A stretch of 64,000 bases of DNA from Patescibacteria group bacterium (GTDB lineage Bacteria > Patescibacteriota > Patescibacteriia > Veblenbacterales > UBA10138), in assembly GCA_041645215.1 (NCBI GenBank), contig JBAZQK010000004.1:2475-66474 (forward strand), written 5' to 3'. The notes under the pieces are model-generated. The model was not told where the DNA came from. It made no database searches and saw nothing but the letters and a program-made list of their open reading frames with translations. How positions within the stretch are numbered: the first letter of the stretch is position 1; each line of letters starts with the position of its first letter. Below are positions 36,400 through 46,549 of the stretch, one piece after another. A program made the position numbers and the translations under genes.

Positions 36400-37554
36400 T
36401 TACTCTTTTGCTTGCTCCAATAAAGGTTTAATCAATTGCATTTTCGGACCGAATTTCTTTCCTAGTTCTTTCGGTTGGGAAGAAACAATAGAAAGAATTT
36501 GTTCTTTTTCTTCGGCGGATATTTGCCCAGTGGAAATTAGAGTATCAAGTTTCTCTCCAAGAGTCAGAAGATTATACTTTTCCTCGCGAGGTATAATTTT
36601 TTCAATGTCCTCGGCGGTTAGAACCTTATCTTGTTTTTTTAAAGCGGTTAACTCGTTTTCTCTAAAAGTAGTGCCTTTATCCGTATATTGTTTAATAAGT
36701 AAAAAATTGTCACGCGACTTGGCTAGATTAGCAAAGTTACTTAAATTAGGTTTGCCGTCTGGTCCAAGCGAAGCTATTGTATCAATGTAAGATGCAACCA
36801 AAATAAACTTTTGCTGATTTTCAGAAAACCCCGGCTTTACAAAATGTCCTTCATAAGTCGCCGCGTTTATTTTGCCAAATTGGTAAGCCACCTCGTGTTT
36901 GCTTATGGCCGTAATAATTTCGGGTGGTATCCCCTTGTCTTTCAACATCTCGGCGGCCTTGTTCCCGTGTTGGCCATTTGCTCCTTCACTTGAATGAAAG
37001 TAAGAAATTGAGGTGATCAGTTTACCCTCGTGTTGGTAAGGAAGGCCATTTTTCTCAATATCTTTCCATTGTTCCCAAGTAATTTCAATTCCTTTTTTCT
37101 CAGCTTCAATTTTTAGAGTCAGACAATCGGGCTTAGCGACATCGTGAAGAAAAGTATAATCAATGAGAGCGGGATTAACGGCAGTTTTTTCCGGATTATT
37201 CCCTTCTCGCCTCACAGCGATACCCGCCATTGCTTCCCTTAAACTCACTTCCTTGAGTGATTCGTGAAATTGTCCATCTTTCATTGACTCTAGAGTTGCT
37301 AATATCAAAGAAAGATGAGAATCCATTCTAGGGCCTTCATTATGATGCTCACCTAGCTGTGGAGTCTCAAGCGAGGTTTTAATTTTTTCCGAGAGTTCGG
37401 GGAGTCTTTTACACACCTCGTTTAAGGCAATTTCAAAGTCCCTTTTTTGCAATTCTTTTACCCGCTGTTCGCCCATCGCCCTCTCCTTATTTGTCATCAT
37501 TGCTTCGGCCTGATTGATTTCTTCTGGCGGTGGTTCGTATTTTTCCATAGACAT
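36400..37554 (-). CDS. HD-domain-like phosphohydrolase (putative)
   Basis: FLHDVAKP (HD motif) with upstream His residues. Otherwise uncharacterised. Confidence 0.45.
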   Translation of the reverse strand: MSMEKYEPPPEEINQAEAMMTNKERAMGEQRVKELQKRDFEIALNEVCKRLPELSEKIKTSLETPQLGEHHNEGPRMDSHLSLILATLESMKDGQFHESLKEVSLREAMAGIAVRREGNNPEKTAVNPALIDYTFLHDVAKPDCLTLKIEAEKKGIEITWEQWKDIEKNGLPYQHEGKLITSISYFHSSEGANGQHGNKAAEMLKDKGIPPEIITAISKHEVAYQFGKINAATYEGHFVKPGFSENQQKFILVASYIDTIASLGPDGKPNLSNFANLAKSRDNFLLIKQYTDKGTTFRENELTALKKQDKVLTAEDIEKIIPREEKYNLLTLGEKLDTLISTGQISAEEKEQILSIVSSQPKELGKKFGPKMQLIKPLLEQAKE

Positions 37555-37613
37555 ATTTGTAATGTTAAAAATTATTCTTCTAAAATTGTTATATCCTTAC
37601 TATATTATAACTT

Positions 37614-38165
37614 TTATTTAAACTCGCTAAAAGTAACTACAGTGATGTTATCCAGATTATAGCCGTAGTGCCTAAAGACTTCCCGTGCATCGCCGTCAAA
37701 TCTTTTTTCCCAATCAAGGCCGAGTTGATGGCAAACGTTTTTCAAAGATTCCACCGCCGGTCCTTCCATTTCCGCATAAACAGGAATCTTAGGCCAGGTG
37801 TCAATATCAATAGTTACGTCGCCCAGCTTAAAGGTATGCCGATACTTCTCTAATCGTCTTATCGCTTTTAATCCAGTACTTATTAAAAATTCCGAACATT
37901 CATTAAAATCCGATACTTCCAATTCAATTTCTTGCGCGCTGTCCACTGTTTGCCCCACATTCTCTTTATAAGTCAGCTTAACTTTATTTTTGGTTTGGCG
38001 TAGCCGCACAAACTTACCCTTTCCCTTCCACAATCCTTCTTTGTCGTGGAAAATTATTTCTGCCAATTTTTCTTCACCTTTATTAATCGCCCCGAGCGAA
38101 ACGAGTTTTTTGACCAGTTCATCTTTATTTATATCCAAAAACCTGGTTTCTATTTCCTTTTGCAT
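37614..38165 (-). CDS. CYTH-domain protein (class IV adenylyl cyclase / triphosphate tunnel metalloenzyme)
   Basis: N-terminal EIETRFLDI (CYTH ExExK-type motif) and ~180-aa size. Confidence 0.75.
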   Translation of the reverse strand: MQKEIETRFLDINKDELVKKLVSLGAINKGEEKLAEIIFHDKEGLWKGKGKFVRLRQTKNKVKLTYKENVGQTVDSAQEIELEVSDFNECSEFLISTGLKAIRRLEKYRHTFKLGDVTIDIDTWPKIPVYAEMEGPAVESLKNVCHQLGLDWEKRFDGDAREVFRHYGYNLDNITVVTFSEFK

Positions 38166-38415
38166 AACACCTAATTAAAATATTAATCCGCGGAAGGGGC
38201 AATCTGTCCCGTGGTGCCTTGCGGCCCATCCCGAGTTCCATCGGTCCGATGACTCCGTATGAGGCCGAGTATTGGGCTCCATCGGAGGACGCACTATATT
38301 TCCCTGTGCGGAGAGGAAGGCCCCGCAGTAGAACTGTAAATTCACTACGGGGTAAAGATTCGCCACCGCAGAGCGGGGTCCCGCTTGGCGGGAAACCCTA
38401 CCTTATCCTACTCAT

Positions 38416-38769
38416 CTATCCCACCCAGAGCGGAGAGGGCGGGATTTGAACCCGCGATACCTTGCGGTATGCCGCCTTTCCAAGACGGTGCACTAGACCA
38501 CTATGCGACCTCTCCGCTCTGGGCAAGATTCTCGCCCATGAGTATTTTAAATTGTATTCCCCCCTTATAGGATTTAATTTCTCTTTCCCGACGATACGCT
38601 TCAGACCTATTAGGAAAACTCTCTTGAAAATAAGCCTCCATGGCCGATAAGGCTTTGTTGAGCGAACTGTACCTCGGTTATGCTGTGTCAGTCGAACGTC
38701 AATATCTACAGCAGAACCAATGTAGTAACGGCCACTGCTTAAGCCTTTTAAAATATAAACGTAAAACAT
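38416..38769 (-). CDS. small GIY-YIG nuclease family protein (ORF reads through tRNA-Ser)
   Basis: MFYVYILKGLSSGRYYIGSAVDIDVRLTQHNRG... GIY-YIG core. The ORF track extends it N-terminally to 38919, probably spuriously. The frame stays open across the whole tRNA-Ser. Confidence 0.7.
   Translation of the reverse strand: MFYVYILKGLSSGRYYIGSAVDIDVRLTQHNRGTVRSTKPYRPWRLIFKRVFLIGLKRIVGKEKLNPIRGEYNLKYSWARILPRAERSHSGLVHRLGKAAYRKVSRVQIPPSPLWVG
38431..38515 (-). tRNA. tRNA-Ser (anticodon GGA), long variable arm
   Basis: Acceptor GGAGAGG/CCTCTCC, D-arm CGCA-TAGTGGTCTAG-TGCA (as typed in reasoning), anticodon loop TTGGAAA, 17-nt variable arm, T-arm CGGG-TTCAAAT-CCCG. Confidence 0.9.
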
Positions 38770-39049
38770 AAGTTGCTTTCTACCGCTAAGCGGCATCCTC
38801 CCGCATACAGGGTCCCGCCATGCGGTGACGTCAGCGGGCCAAACAGACACACCCCGCATTCTGCGGGGTAAACTAGACCACTTTACCCCGCCAGAGGCGG
38901 CGGTAGGCGATCTCTCCACTGGCTATATAATTAGGTAAATTTACACCGCAAGCGACTTTCACCTTAACACTTTTCGCCTAAAAAATAAAGCCCCCTAATC
39001 ATTCTTAATTGAAGATTAAAAGGGCCATAAAAAAGGGAAATACTAAACT

Positions 39050-39433
39050 CTAAACTCTACTCTTGGCGGCTGTTACGGTTTGGACCACAGAAATAATATT
39101 AGTGCCAATTATCTTAACGATGCCATTATCGTTTAAAACTTTTGTTTTAATAGCAGCAGCGGAGTTTTTCAACTCATCGTTAAATGACAAATTCTTTTCC
39201 AAAGTCATTAAGACATACCCATCATCACCTAAACTGTTGCTTAAAAGTTTTAGATCTTTTAAGTTTTTAATTGTAAAAGCCCCCAAGATAGGGCCCAATA
39301 TCAGATAAGCGGTTTCAATTGTAACATCAGACTTTGTTGGATTAGAGCCAGCAATCATTATTAACTCCTTGTTTTTAGTGATTATTTTAGCGGCATATTT
39401 TGTCGCGTTAATTAAAAGACCGATTTTATCCAA
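39050..39433 (-). CDS. hypothetical protein (possibly fasciclin-like)
   Basis: 127 aa. Weak resemblance to the FAS1 C-terminal NGVIHVID block (NGIVKIIGTNII). Confidence 0.4.
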   Translation of the reverse strand: MDKIGLLINATKYAAKIITKNKELIMIAGSNPTKSDVTIETAYLILGPILGAFTIKNLKDLKLLSNSLGDDGYVLMTLEKNLSFNDELKNSAAAIKTKVLNDNGIVKIIGTNIISVVQTVTAAKSRV

Positions 39434-39538
39434 TTAAACTAACATGGTACTTGATTTACGTCAAGGGTTTGATAACCGTAGGCGCCAAGAATCAACTTAG
39501 TTATCTTAAACAATGCTTTCTGCTATAATAAATAAAGT

Positions 39539-40873
39539 ATGAATAAAAAATATCCCTCCCAAGCTTGGGTCGTGGCGGTTGACATGGGCTACGGCCACGA
39601 ACGAGCCGCTTATGCCCTCAAGGAACTGGCTTATGGCCCAGTTCTGATTGCTAATAATTACCGTGGCATACCGCGCCAGGAACGCGCTTATTGGCGTAGC
39701 TCGCGCGAAATTTATGAAAAAGTATCGCGTTTAAAAAGTTTACCGGTAATCGGCGATTTGATTTTTGAGGTGATGGACCGCTTTCAACAAATTGAACCAT
39801 TTTATCCGCGGCGCGATTTATCCGCCCCTACCATACAACTTAAACAAAGCTATGATTTAATTAAAAAAGGGCTGGGCAAGCATCTGATAGATTTGATGCG
39901 TCGTCGCCCTTTGCCGCTGGTGGCTACTTTCTTTCAAGCCGCTTTTATGGCCGAGGAGGCCGGCTATCCCGAAGATATTTACTGTGTTGTTTGTGATGCT
40001 GACTGCAGCCGCACCTGGGCGCCGCTTAACCCCAAACAAAGCCGGATAAAATACCTGGCCCCCAACGGACGAGTGGTGGAACGGTTAAAACTGTATGGCG
40101 TACGAGAGGCCAATATTTTCTTAACCGGATTCCCCCTGCCCAAGGAGCTTATTGGCGGCACCAACTCGCCGATATTGCGCCACAATTTGGCGCGACGAAT
40201 AAAAAATCTAGACCCCAAAGGTGTTTTTTGCAGTAAATATGACCGAGCCTTAGCCAGACGTTTAGGGGCGCGTTGGCGCTCCATTAACCATAAGCGTCCC
40301 CTAACCCTGACTTTTGCCATTGGCGGCGCGGGCGCGCAAAAAGATTTAGGCGTGCAAATTACCGAAAGTTTAGCGGTTAAAATCAGTCAGGGAAAAATTA
40401 AACTTAATTTAATTGTCGGTACGCATCATGAAACTATGCGCTATTACCGCCAAACGGTTAAAGACTTAAAACTTAATAAATACTTGGGTAAATACATTGA
40501 TATCATTCATAACGAAACTCGAGCCGAATATTTTGTTCAATTCAGTAAAATTATCGCTGATACCGACATTTTGTGGACCAAGCCGTCGGAACTTTCCTTT
40601 TATACCGGCTTAGGGCTCCCAATTATTATTGCTCCGCCCATTGGCTCACAAGAGCAATTTAACCGCCTCTGGCTCAAGACCGTGGCCGGCGGCATTACTC
40701 AAAACGACCCGCGTTACACCAACGAATGGCTGTTTGACTGGGTTGACTCCGGCGGCTTGGCCCGCACCGCCTGGAACGGCTATGTTGAAGCGCCATCGCA
40801 CGGCACCTACCGCATTGAAAGCCTTATCACCGGCAAAAAGACCGACCTGCCGCAAATTCCGTTGATTGTGTAA
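39539..40873 (+). CDS. putative GT-B glycosyltransferase (MGDG-synthase/UgtP-like N-terminal G-x-GH motif)
   Basis: VVAVDMGYGHERAAYAL resembles the GxGH..A motif of GT28-like lipid glycosyltransferases. 444 aa. Confidence 0.45.
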   Translation: MNKKYPSQAWVVAVDMGYGHERAAYALKELAYGPVLIANNYRGIPRQERAYWRSSREIYEKVSRLKSLPVIGDLIFEVMDRFQQIEPFYPRRDLSAPTIQLKQSYDLIKKGLGKHLIDLMRRRPLPLVATFFQAAFMAEEAGYPEDIYCVVCDADCSRTWAPLNPKQSRIKYLAPNGRVVERLKLYGVREANIFLTGFPLPKELIGGTNSPILRHNLARRIKNLDPKGVFCSKYDRALARRLGARWRSINHKRPLTLTFAIGGAGAQKDLGVQITESLAVKISQGKIKLNLIVGTHHETMRYYRQTVKDLKLNKYLGKYIDIIHNETRAEYFVQFSKIIADTDILWTKPSELSFYTGLGLPIIIAPPIGSQEQFNRLWLKTVAGGITQNDPRYTNEWLFDWVDSGGLARTAWNGYVEAPSHGTYRIESLITGKKTDLPQIPLIV

Positions 40874-40878
40874 TCAGT

Positions 40879-41598
40879 ATGATAAAAGGAGTTTTGTTTG
40901 ATTTTCGCGACACCCTGATAAACGTTAAAGCGGCGAACAAAGCCATAGGAGCCGCCGCTTTTAAGTTGGTTAAAAAGCTTAAACCACGGCTAAGTTATGA
41001 CAAATTTCAAAAAGATTACACTGCAGCCCGCCAAGAGACTAAAAAACGGTATTTTCAAAACCCGCTAATCCACAATTGGACAAAGATAATTTTACTAACC
41101 TACTTAGAATCGCAAAAACTTAAACTCTCACCCAAAGAACAGCAGCGCTGGCTGGATGAGCTGGACCGGGTTTTTATAAAAAACTGCCGTTTATTTGCCG
41201 ATGCCAAAATTGCCCTTGACCGGTTGCAAAAGAAACATTTAAAAATCGGCGTAATAATAGACGGTACAGTAAAACGCGAACAAGCCATTATTAAAAAATT
41301 AAAGCTGGCTAAATATTTCCAAGTCATCATTATCAGCGAAGCTGTCGGCAAAAATAAATTTACCTCCCAACCGCTGCACGCCGGCATTAAAAAACTCAAA
41401 CTTCCGGCCAAACAAATTATAGTAATCGGCGACCGGCTGGACAAAGACATCCGCTGGGCAAATCAGCTCGGCGCCATCAGCGTATTATTGCAACGACAAC
41501 GTGGCCGCTACAATCAATTCCCCGCGCGGTCACACTTAGAAATTCCACAGTATACTATAAAAAATCTAACTGAACTTAAAAAAATAATTAAATCTTAG
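40879..41598 (+). CDS. HAD-superfamily hydrolase
   Basis: Motif I FDFRDTL (DxD), motif IV-like IGDRLDKDI. 239 aa. Confidence 0.85.
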   Translation: MIKGVLFDFRDTLINVKAANKAIGAAAFKLVKKLKPRLSYDKFQKDYTAARQETKKRYFQNPLIHNWTKIILLTYLESQKLKLSPKEQQRWLDELDRVFIKNCRLFADAKIALDRLQKKHLKIGVIIDGTVKREQAIIKKLKLAKYFQVIIISEAVGKNKFTSQPLHAGIKKLKLPAKQIIVIGDRLDKDIRWANQLGAISVLLQRQRGRYNQFPARSHLEIPQYTIKNLTELKKIIKS

Positions 41599-41734
41599 AA
41601 TGATTAAGTTATGAAACATACAAAACTATTCACCTTATTTTTACTGGCCAGTTTGCAGGTACTTTTCAAATTCATTGCGCCACAGAAAGCCAACATTCAC
41701 TTCTATGAAGTTTAATATATAAAACCTTAGTACC

Positions 41735-42361
41735 ATGGAGCAACAATCAAATCCAAAACAATTAGCGACGAAACCGAAGTTTGCAATTGTCTACCAAGGC
41801 AAGATATTTGAAGTAATAAGGTGGGAAGGCAAACCTGGAGTTATGTTTGAGGCCGCAGTACGTGCGCCCGGTGTGCGTCTTATTATTGAAACTGAAAAAG
41901 ACGGACAAAAAGGGCTCCTCATGACCAAAGAGCTGCGCCGAGAAGCGGAAGGGTTTGATTATCGTCTACCCGGTGGCAAGGTTTTTGATAACTTGGAAGA
42001 ATACAATCAATTCCGCAGTAAGGGCGGCGATATTAGTGCGGCAGCGAAGCTAGCTGCGGTTAAAGAAGGCCGGGAAGAGGCGGGAGTGTTGACTGGGGAC
42101 ATTTCTCAAGTTGGTATTTCTAAAGCTGGCGCCTCGGTTGAATGGGATCTTCATTACTACCTGGTAAAAAATGCCAAGCTAGGAAAACAAAATCTAGAGG
42201 AGCACGAACAAGGCGATATTGAGACCATAATACTTTCGGCCCACGAAATTTTTGAGAAATTAGTCGCCGGTAAAATTCAGGAAGGACGCTCGGCTGATGT
42301 GTTGTGGAGGTGGCTAGCTAAAAATAATTTTGTGGAATTCGTTACTGACCTACGTGCTTAA
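41735..42361 (+). CDS. NUDIX hydrolase
   Basis: Nudix box GG-x5-A-x7-REEAGV (GGDISAAAKLAAVKEGREEAGVL). Confidence 0.75.
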   Translation: MEQQSNPKQLATKPKFAIVYQGKIFEVIRWEGKPGVMFEAAVRAPGVRLIIETEKDGQKGLLMTKELRREAEGFDYRLPGGKVFDNLEEYNQFRSKGGDISAAAKLAAVKEGREEAGVLTGDISQVGISKAGASVEWDLHYYLVKNAKLGKQNLEEHEQGDIETIILSAHEIFEKLVAGKIQEGRSADVLWRWLAKNNFVEFVTDLRA

Positions 42362-42496
42362 AACCCCGCTACGTTATCATATAAAAAATCTGAAAGAAGT
42401 TAAGCAATTAAGCGCCGCTTCGACCTAACCTAAACAGTTTGATATAATAATAGGCGGCTGTATCAATTGGTACGGCTGTCTTAATATCTTACACCT

Positions 42497-43597
42497 ATGA
42501 AAAAAATAATTATTCTATTACTAGTCAGCCTGCTAGTGCCCAGCTTAGCCTTGGCTGCTAGTCCAACCAAGTCAAAAACTACTAAACCATCTGTACCGGT
42601 CGTCACCAATATAGTTGTGCCCGAAGAAGAAGCTGTTATCAAAGCTTACGAAAACACCCTACCCGCAGTGGTCAATATCATAGTAAGCCAAAAATTAACC
42701 GATATTTTTGGCACTACCTCGGTGCAGGACGTTGGTGGCGGTACTGGTTTTTTTATTTCAACTGACGGCTATATTGTTACCAACAAACATGTCGTGGCTA
42801 ATGATAATGTTGATTACACTGTTATTACCAGCGCCGGCAAAGAATACGTGGCCTCGGTCTTAGCGCGCGATCCGGTTTATGATATTGCCATTGTAAAAAT
42901 TGAAGGCAACGGTTTTACGCCGGCCAAATTAGGTAATTCCGATAAAATAAGAATCGGCCAAACCGTTATCGCTATTGGCAACGTGCTGGCCGAATTCCGC
43001 AATACCGTAACTCGCGGCATTGTCAGCGGTATTGGCCGTACTATTTCCGCTACGGGCGGTGGCATCAGCGAAACTATTGAAAATGCCATTCAAACTGACG
43101 CCTCTATTAACCCGGGCAATTCCGGCGGACCGCTGGTTAATATGCAAGGCGGAGTTATTGGTATGAATACCGCTATTAACCGAGCGGGCGAAGCTTTGGG
43201 TTTTGCCATTCCAATCAATATAATTCAGCAAACAGTCAATAATTTTTTGCAACATGGTCGTATTGTGCATAGCTATTTGGGCGTACGTTACGTCATGCTG
43301 AACAAAAACTTGGCCCGGGCCAATAATTTGCGCATTTATCAAGGGGCCTTTGTGCTACTGCCCAATCTAACTGGCGGCACTGGTGTTGTACCCGGCAGTC
43401 CGGCCGCCGCCGCCGACATCCAGCCTGGCGATATTATACTGGCTATCAATAACGAAATTTTAACTGCCAACAAATCATTAAGCGGCCTAATAACAAAATA
43501 CAAACCCGGCGATCAAATTACGCTTAAGGTGCTCCGCGCCGGGCGGGAAATAATGCTAAAAGCCACTCTGACCGAGCGCCCAACAACTGACAATTAA
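42497..43597 (+). CDS. HtrA/DegP-family serine protease with C-terminal PDZ domain
   Basis: Signal peptide. Catalytic His in GTGFFISTDGYIVTNKHVV, Asp in DIAIVKIE, Ser in GNSGGPLVN. PDZ-like C-terminus. Confidence 0.9.
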   Translation: MKKIIILLLVSLLVPSLALAASPTKSKTTKPSVPVVTNIVVPEEEAVIKAYENTLPAVVNIIVSQKLTDIFGTTSVQDVGGGTGFFISTDGYIVTNKHVVANDNVDYTVITSAGKEYVASVLARDPVYDIAIVKIEGNGFTPAKLGNSDKIRIGQTVIAIGNVLAEFRNTVTRGIVSGIGRTISATGGGISETIENAIQTDASINPGNSGGPLVNMQGGVIGMNTAINRAGEALGFAIPINIIQQTVNNFLQHGRIVHSYLGVRYVMLNKNLARANNLRIYQGAFVLLPNLTGGTGVVPGSPAAAADIQPGDIILAINNEILTANKSLSGLITKYKPGDQITLKVLRAGREIMLKATLTERPTTDN

Positions 43598-43604
43598 TAA
43601 CTGT

Positions 43605-44891
43605 CTAGCGGCTAATGTAATTCTTATAATCATCCGACTCCTTCCACACACTCCACGGAATAGCCGGATGCACAGTTTTGCCGCCAAACTTAACCGCCTG
43701 TATAATGGCCTCCGGCGGATAACCGCCATAAACATAAGCTTTTACCAGAGTAAACCAGTTAGTATAGGCCGACAAGGGAACCTTGCCGGAAAATATATTA
43801 TTTAAAAATGCCCTAAGATTCACGGCCAAGGTTTTTTCTGAATTTAAATTGCGGCACAGTCCGCCATAAATTCCGCTGCTGTTGCAGCCTGATTGAGCTG
43901 TTGGCACTTCGCCGCTCAAAAACTTGGTTACAAAAACCGCCTCTTCGGTTTTAGCTGATTTACCTAAAACGTCAGTAGAATTTATTTTAAACTTATAACG
44001 TGTGCCGGCCTTAAGGTCAGCCAAAGTCAAACTGTGGTCCAGGTTGTAAAAGCCAGTCTCATTGATTTTAGTGCGGCGGGCGTATTTTTGGTCAGCCCAA
44101 TATTCTACATTGCCGCGAGCCGGGCGCGAACTATGCCAGGTCACGGTCACGCTGTTGCTGCCAACCACCGGGTCGTAAATTGAAACCGGTGAAATTAAGT
44201 TCAAAACCAAATTCTCTTTATCCCCGCTGGCGTCAGGCGCCGTAGTAACTGAATAATTCTCATTTATCCATTCCTTACGATCACTGTTGCGACTCTTAAT
44301 GCGATAATAGTAAACGCTGTTATTCTTTAAACCTTTAACCACTGCCTCGTGCGTAAGCACCTTGCCACCTCCGCCCGCGCGACTGTAGCGCTTAAATAAA
44401 TTATCCGTGGAATATTCCACGTCGCCATCAATCGCTTTATTGGTTTTCCAAGTCAAAATAAAATAAGTAGCGCCGCTGTAAGTTACATTGACTTCGCTTA
44501 GTTCCGGAGCGATATTATCGGTGTACTTAGGTGTTTTAAAAGTTTGGTCAAATGATTCCGCCAACAAACCATCAGCCGTATTAACGGTTATTTTATAATG
44601 ATAAACAGTTTCACTTTTAAGATTGGGCAGTTCTATTTCATTATAAGTATCTGTGGCCTTAGAAGAAGCCAGATAAGCTCCGTAACTTTCCGTCAAACCA
44701 TAGTCAATCCGGCCGGCCGAGATTACATTCGTATACCAACTTATGATTATGGCGGCCTCTGGTAAAACCTGGCCTTTGGCTTTAACCGAGACTTTGCTAA
44801 TTACCAAATCCTGCGCGCGGGCGACCGGCGCAAGTAGCCCGAAGAATAAAATGATTATTATAAAAACTATATTTAATTTAGCAAGTCTCAT
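43605..44891 (-). CDS. hypothetical secreted protein with fibronectin-III-like repeats
   Basis: Signal peptide. Three ~90-aa segments with FN3-like Y-x-Y/YRI(K) strand pattern. Confidence 0.55.
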   Translation of the reverse strand: MRLAKLNIVFIIIILFFGLLAPVARAQDLVISKVSVKAKGQVLPEAAIIISWYTNVISAGRIDYGLTESYGAYLASSKATDTYNEIELPNLKSETVYHYKITVNTADGLLAESFDQTFKTPKYTDNIAPELSEVNVTYSGATYFILTWKTNKAIDGDVEYSTDNLFKRYSRAGGGGKVLTHEAVVKGLKNNSVYYYRIKSRNSDRKEWINENYSVTTAPDASGDKENLVLNLISPVSIYDPVVGSNSVTVTWHSSRPARGNVEYWADQKYARRTKINETGFYNLDHSLTLADLKAGTRYKFKINSTDVLGKSAKTEEAVFVTKFLSGEVPTAQSGCNSSGIYGGLCRNLNSEKTLAVNLRAFLNNIFSGKVPLSAYTNWFTLVKAYVYGGYPPEAIIQAVKFGGKTVHPAIPWSVWKESDDYKNYISR

Positions 44892-45323
44892 AGGTAATTG
44901 ATTATAAACTAAACCACCTTAAAGTATAGCAAGACTAATGATAAACTGGTAGACTATAGAGGAAACTCAAAAGTCAAAGTTCAAAAGTCAAAACTTTTTA
45001 GTTTAGCCAAATTAAAATTCGTTTTATATCTTTTTGCCGCTATGCCGAAGGTTCAGCTAGCACTGCGGCACCCGCCTGAAGAATAAACTAACATATGTTG
45101 TAGCAGTTTGTGTACCCGTCTGATAAACAACGAACACCGTAGTTGCTGAGCTATGTATGGCTACTCTCCCTTTCATGGCGTGCCAGAAGTGGGGGTGCAG
45201 GGGGTAGAGGACGGGCATCGCAACTCGGAGTCCTCTACCCCCTGCGATTAAAACTTTTTTAAAAAAGTAACAAAGACCAATTTAGATTTAGAATTTTAAA
45301 CCGTTCATAATTTTTGTCAAATC

Positions 45324-46388
45324 ATGAATATACTCGCGATTGAAACTTCGTGCGATGAAACCTCAGTGGCGGTACTTAAAATTGATCGTAAAAATCTGGC
45401 TTTACGGGCTATAAACACATCTTCCCAAATCAAATTACACGCTCCTTACGGCGGGGTCGTGCCGGAGTTGGCGGCGCGGCGACATACCGAAGTAATTATT
45501 CCACTGTTAAATCAAACCTTAAAACAATCGCAAATAAACACTGGTCAAATTAATGCTCTCGCCGTAACGGGCGGGCCGGGTTTAATTACTGCCCTGCAAA
45601 TCGGAGTGGAAACGGCTAAAACTTTAGCTTATGCTTGGCGTAAACCATTAATACCGGTTAATCATATGACCGGACATTTAGTCAGTCCATTTTTAACGCC
45701 GGGTTTATGGCCAAAGGTTTTTTATAAAGCAATTTGGCCGGCGGTGGCATTAATCGTATCAGGCGGACACACTGAACTGTATTTAATGAAATCACTTAGT
45801 CAGTGGCAACTGTTAGGCCATACCCTTGATGACGCGGCGGGCGAAGCTTTTGACAAAGTGGCTAAAATGCTAAAACTCCCCTATCCGGGCGGTCCCGAGG
45901 TGGGCCGATTAGCTGAATTTGGCAACAGTCAGGCTTTTGCCTTTCCCCGACCAATGCTAAGCCATAAAAACTATGACTTTAGTTTTTCCGGGCTTAAAAC
46001 CGCCGTGCTGTATACGCTTAAAAAATACCCACCCTTAGCCATTAGCCATCAGCTAACAGCTAACTTATGCGCCTCTTTCCAACAAGCGGTGACTGATGTT
46101 TTAATAGGTAAAACTATCAGAGCGGCTCAAGCTTATAAAGCCAAAACTATTATGGTGAGTGGCGGGGTTTCGGCCAACCGATATTTGCGCGAAACATTTT
46201 TACAAACAACCAAAAAACTGCAGGGGCCGATTAATTTATTGTTCCCCGAACTAAAATATACCGGCGACAACGCGGCGATGATAGCTTTGGCGGCTTATGT
46301 TATTTCCAATAACGGTAAAAATTTAAGTAAATACAAATCAAGTTGGAAAAATCTGACCGCCCAAGCTAATTGGGAATTGTGGAATTAG
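45324..46388 (+). CDS. tsaD: tRNA N6-adenosine threonylcarbamoyltransferase TsaD (Kae1/YgjD)
   Basis: MNILAIETSCDETSVAV N-terminus, ASKH-fold motifs, metal-binding His pair. 354 aa. Confidence 0.95.
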   Translation: MNILAIETSCDETSVAVLKIDRKNLALRAINTSSQIKLHAPYGGVVPELAARRHTEVIIPLLNQTLKQSQINTGQINALAVTGGPGLITALQIGVETAKTLAYAWRKPLIPVNHMTGHLVSPFLTPGLWPKVFYKAIWPAVALIVSGGHTELYLMKSLSQWQLLGHTLDDAAGEAFDKVAKMLKLPYPGGPEVGRLAEFGNSQAFAFPRPMLSHKNYDFSFSGLKTAVLYTLKKYPPLAISHQLTANLCASFQQAVTDVLIGKTIRAAQAYKAKTIMVSGGVSANRYLRETFLQTTKKLQGPINLLFPELKYTGDNAAMIALAAYVISNNGKNLSKYKSSWKNLTAQANWELWN

Positions 46389-46549
46389 ACATAGAATTAT
46401 GAATAAAGAATTAAGAATCAAGAATACGGTACAAACACGCAGCGGCAAAGAAACCGAAAAATTGGGGCAAAAAATCGCCATAAATGGTTCCTACCTATAC
46501 AATTAGGATACGATTAACTATTAATCTTACTAATCATTAACTATCTCAT

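Noticed and set aside
38769-38919. N-terminal 50-aa extension of the second GIY-YIG ORF
   Set aside because: Low-complexity Ser/Gly/Arg/Trp translation of GC-rich tRNA-like duplicate DNA. The GIY-YIG domain begins at the internal Met (MFYVYILK).
38180-38930. Group I intron carrying a GIY-YIG homing endonuclease inside a tRNA
   Set aside because: The tRNA-Ser cloverleaf is complete and uninterrupted. No P4/P7 (GACTA...TAGTC-type) intron core elements found by eye.
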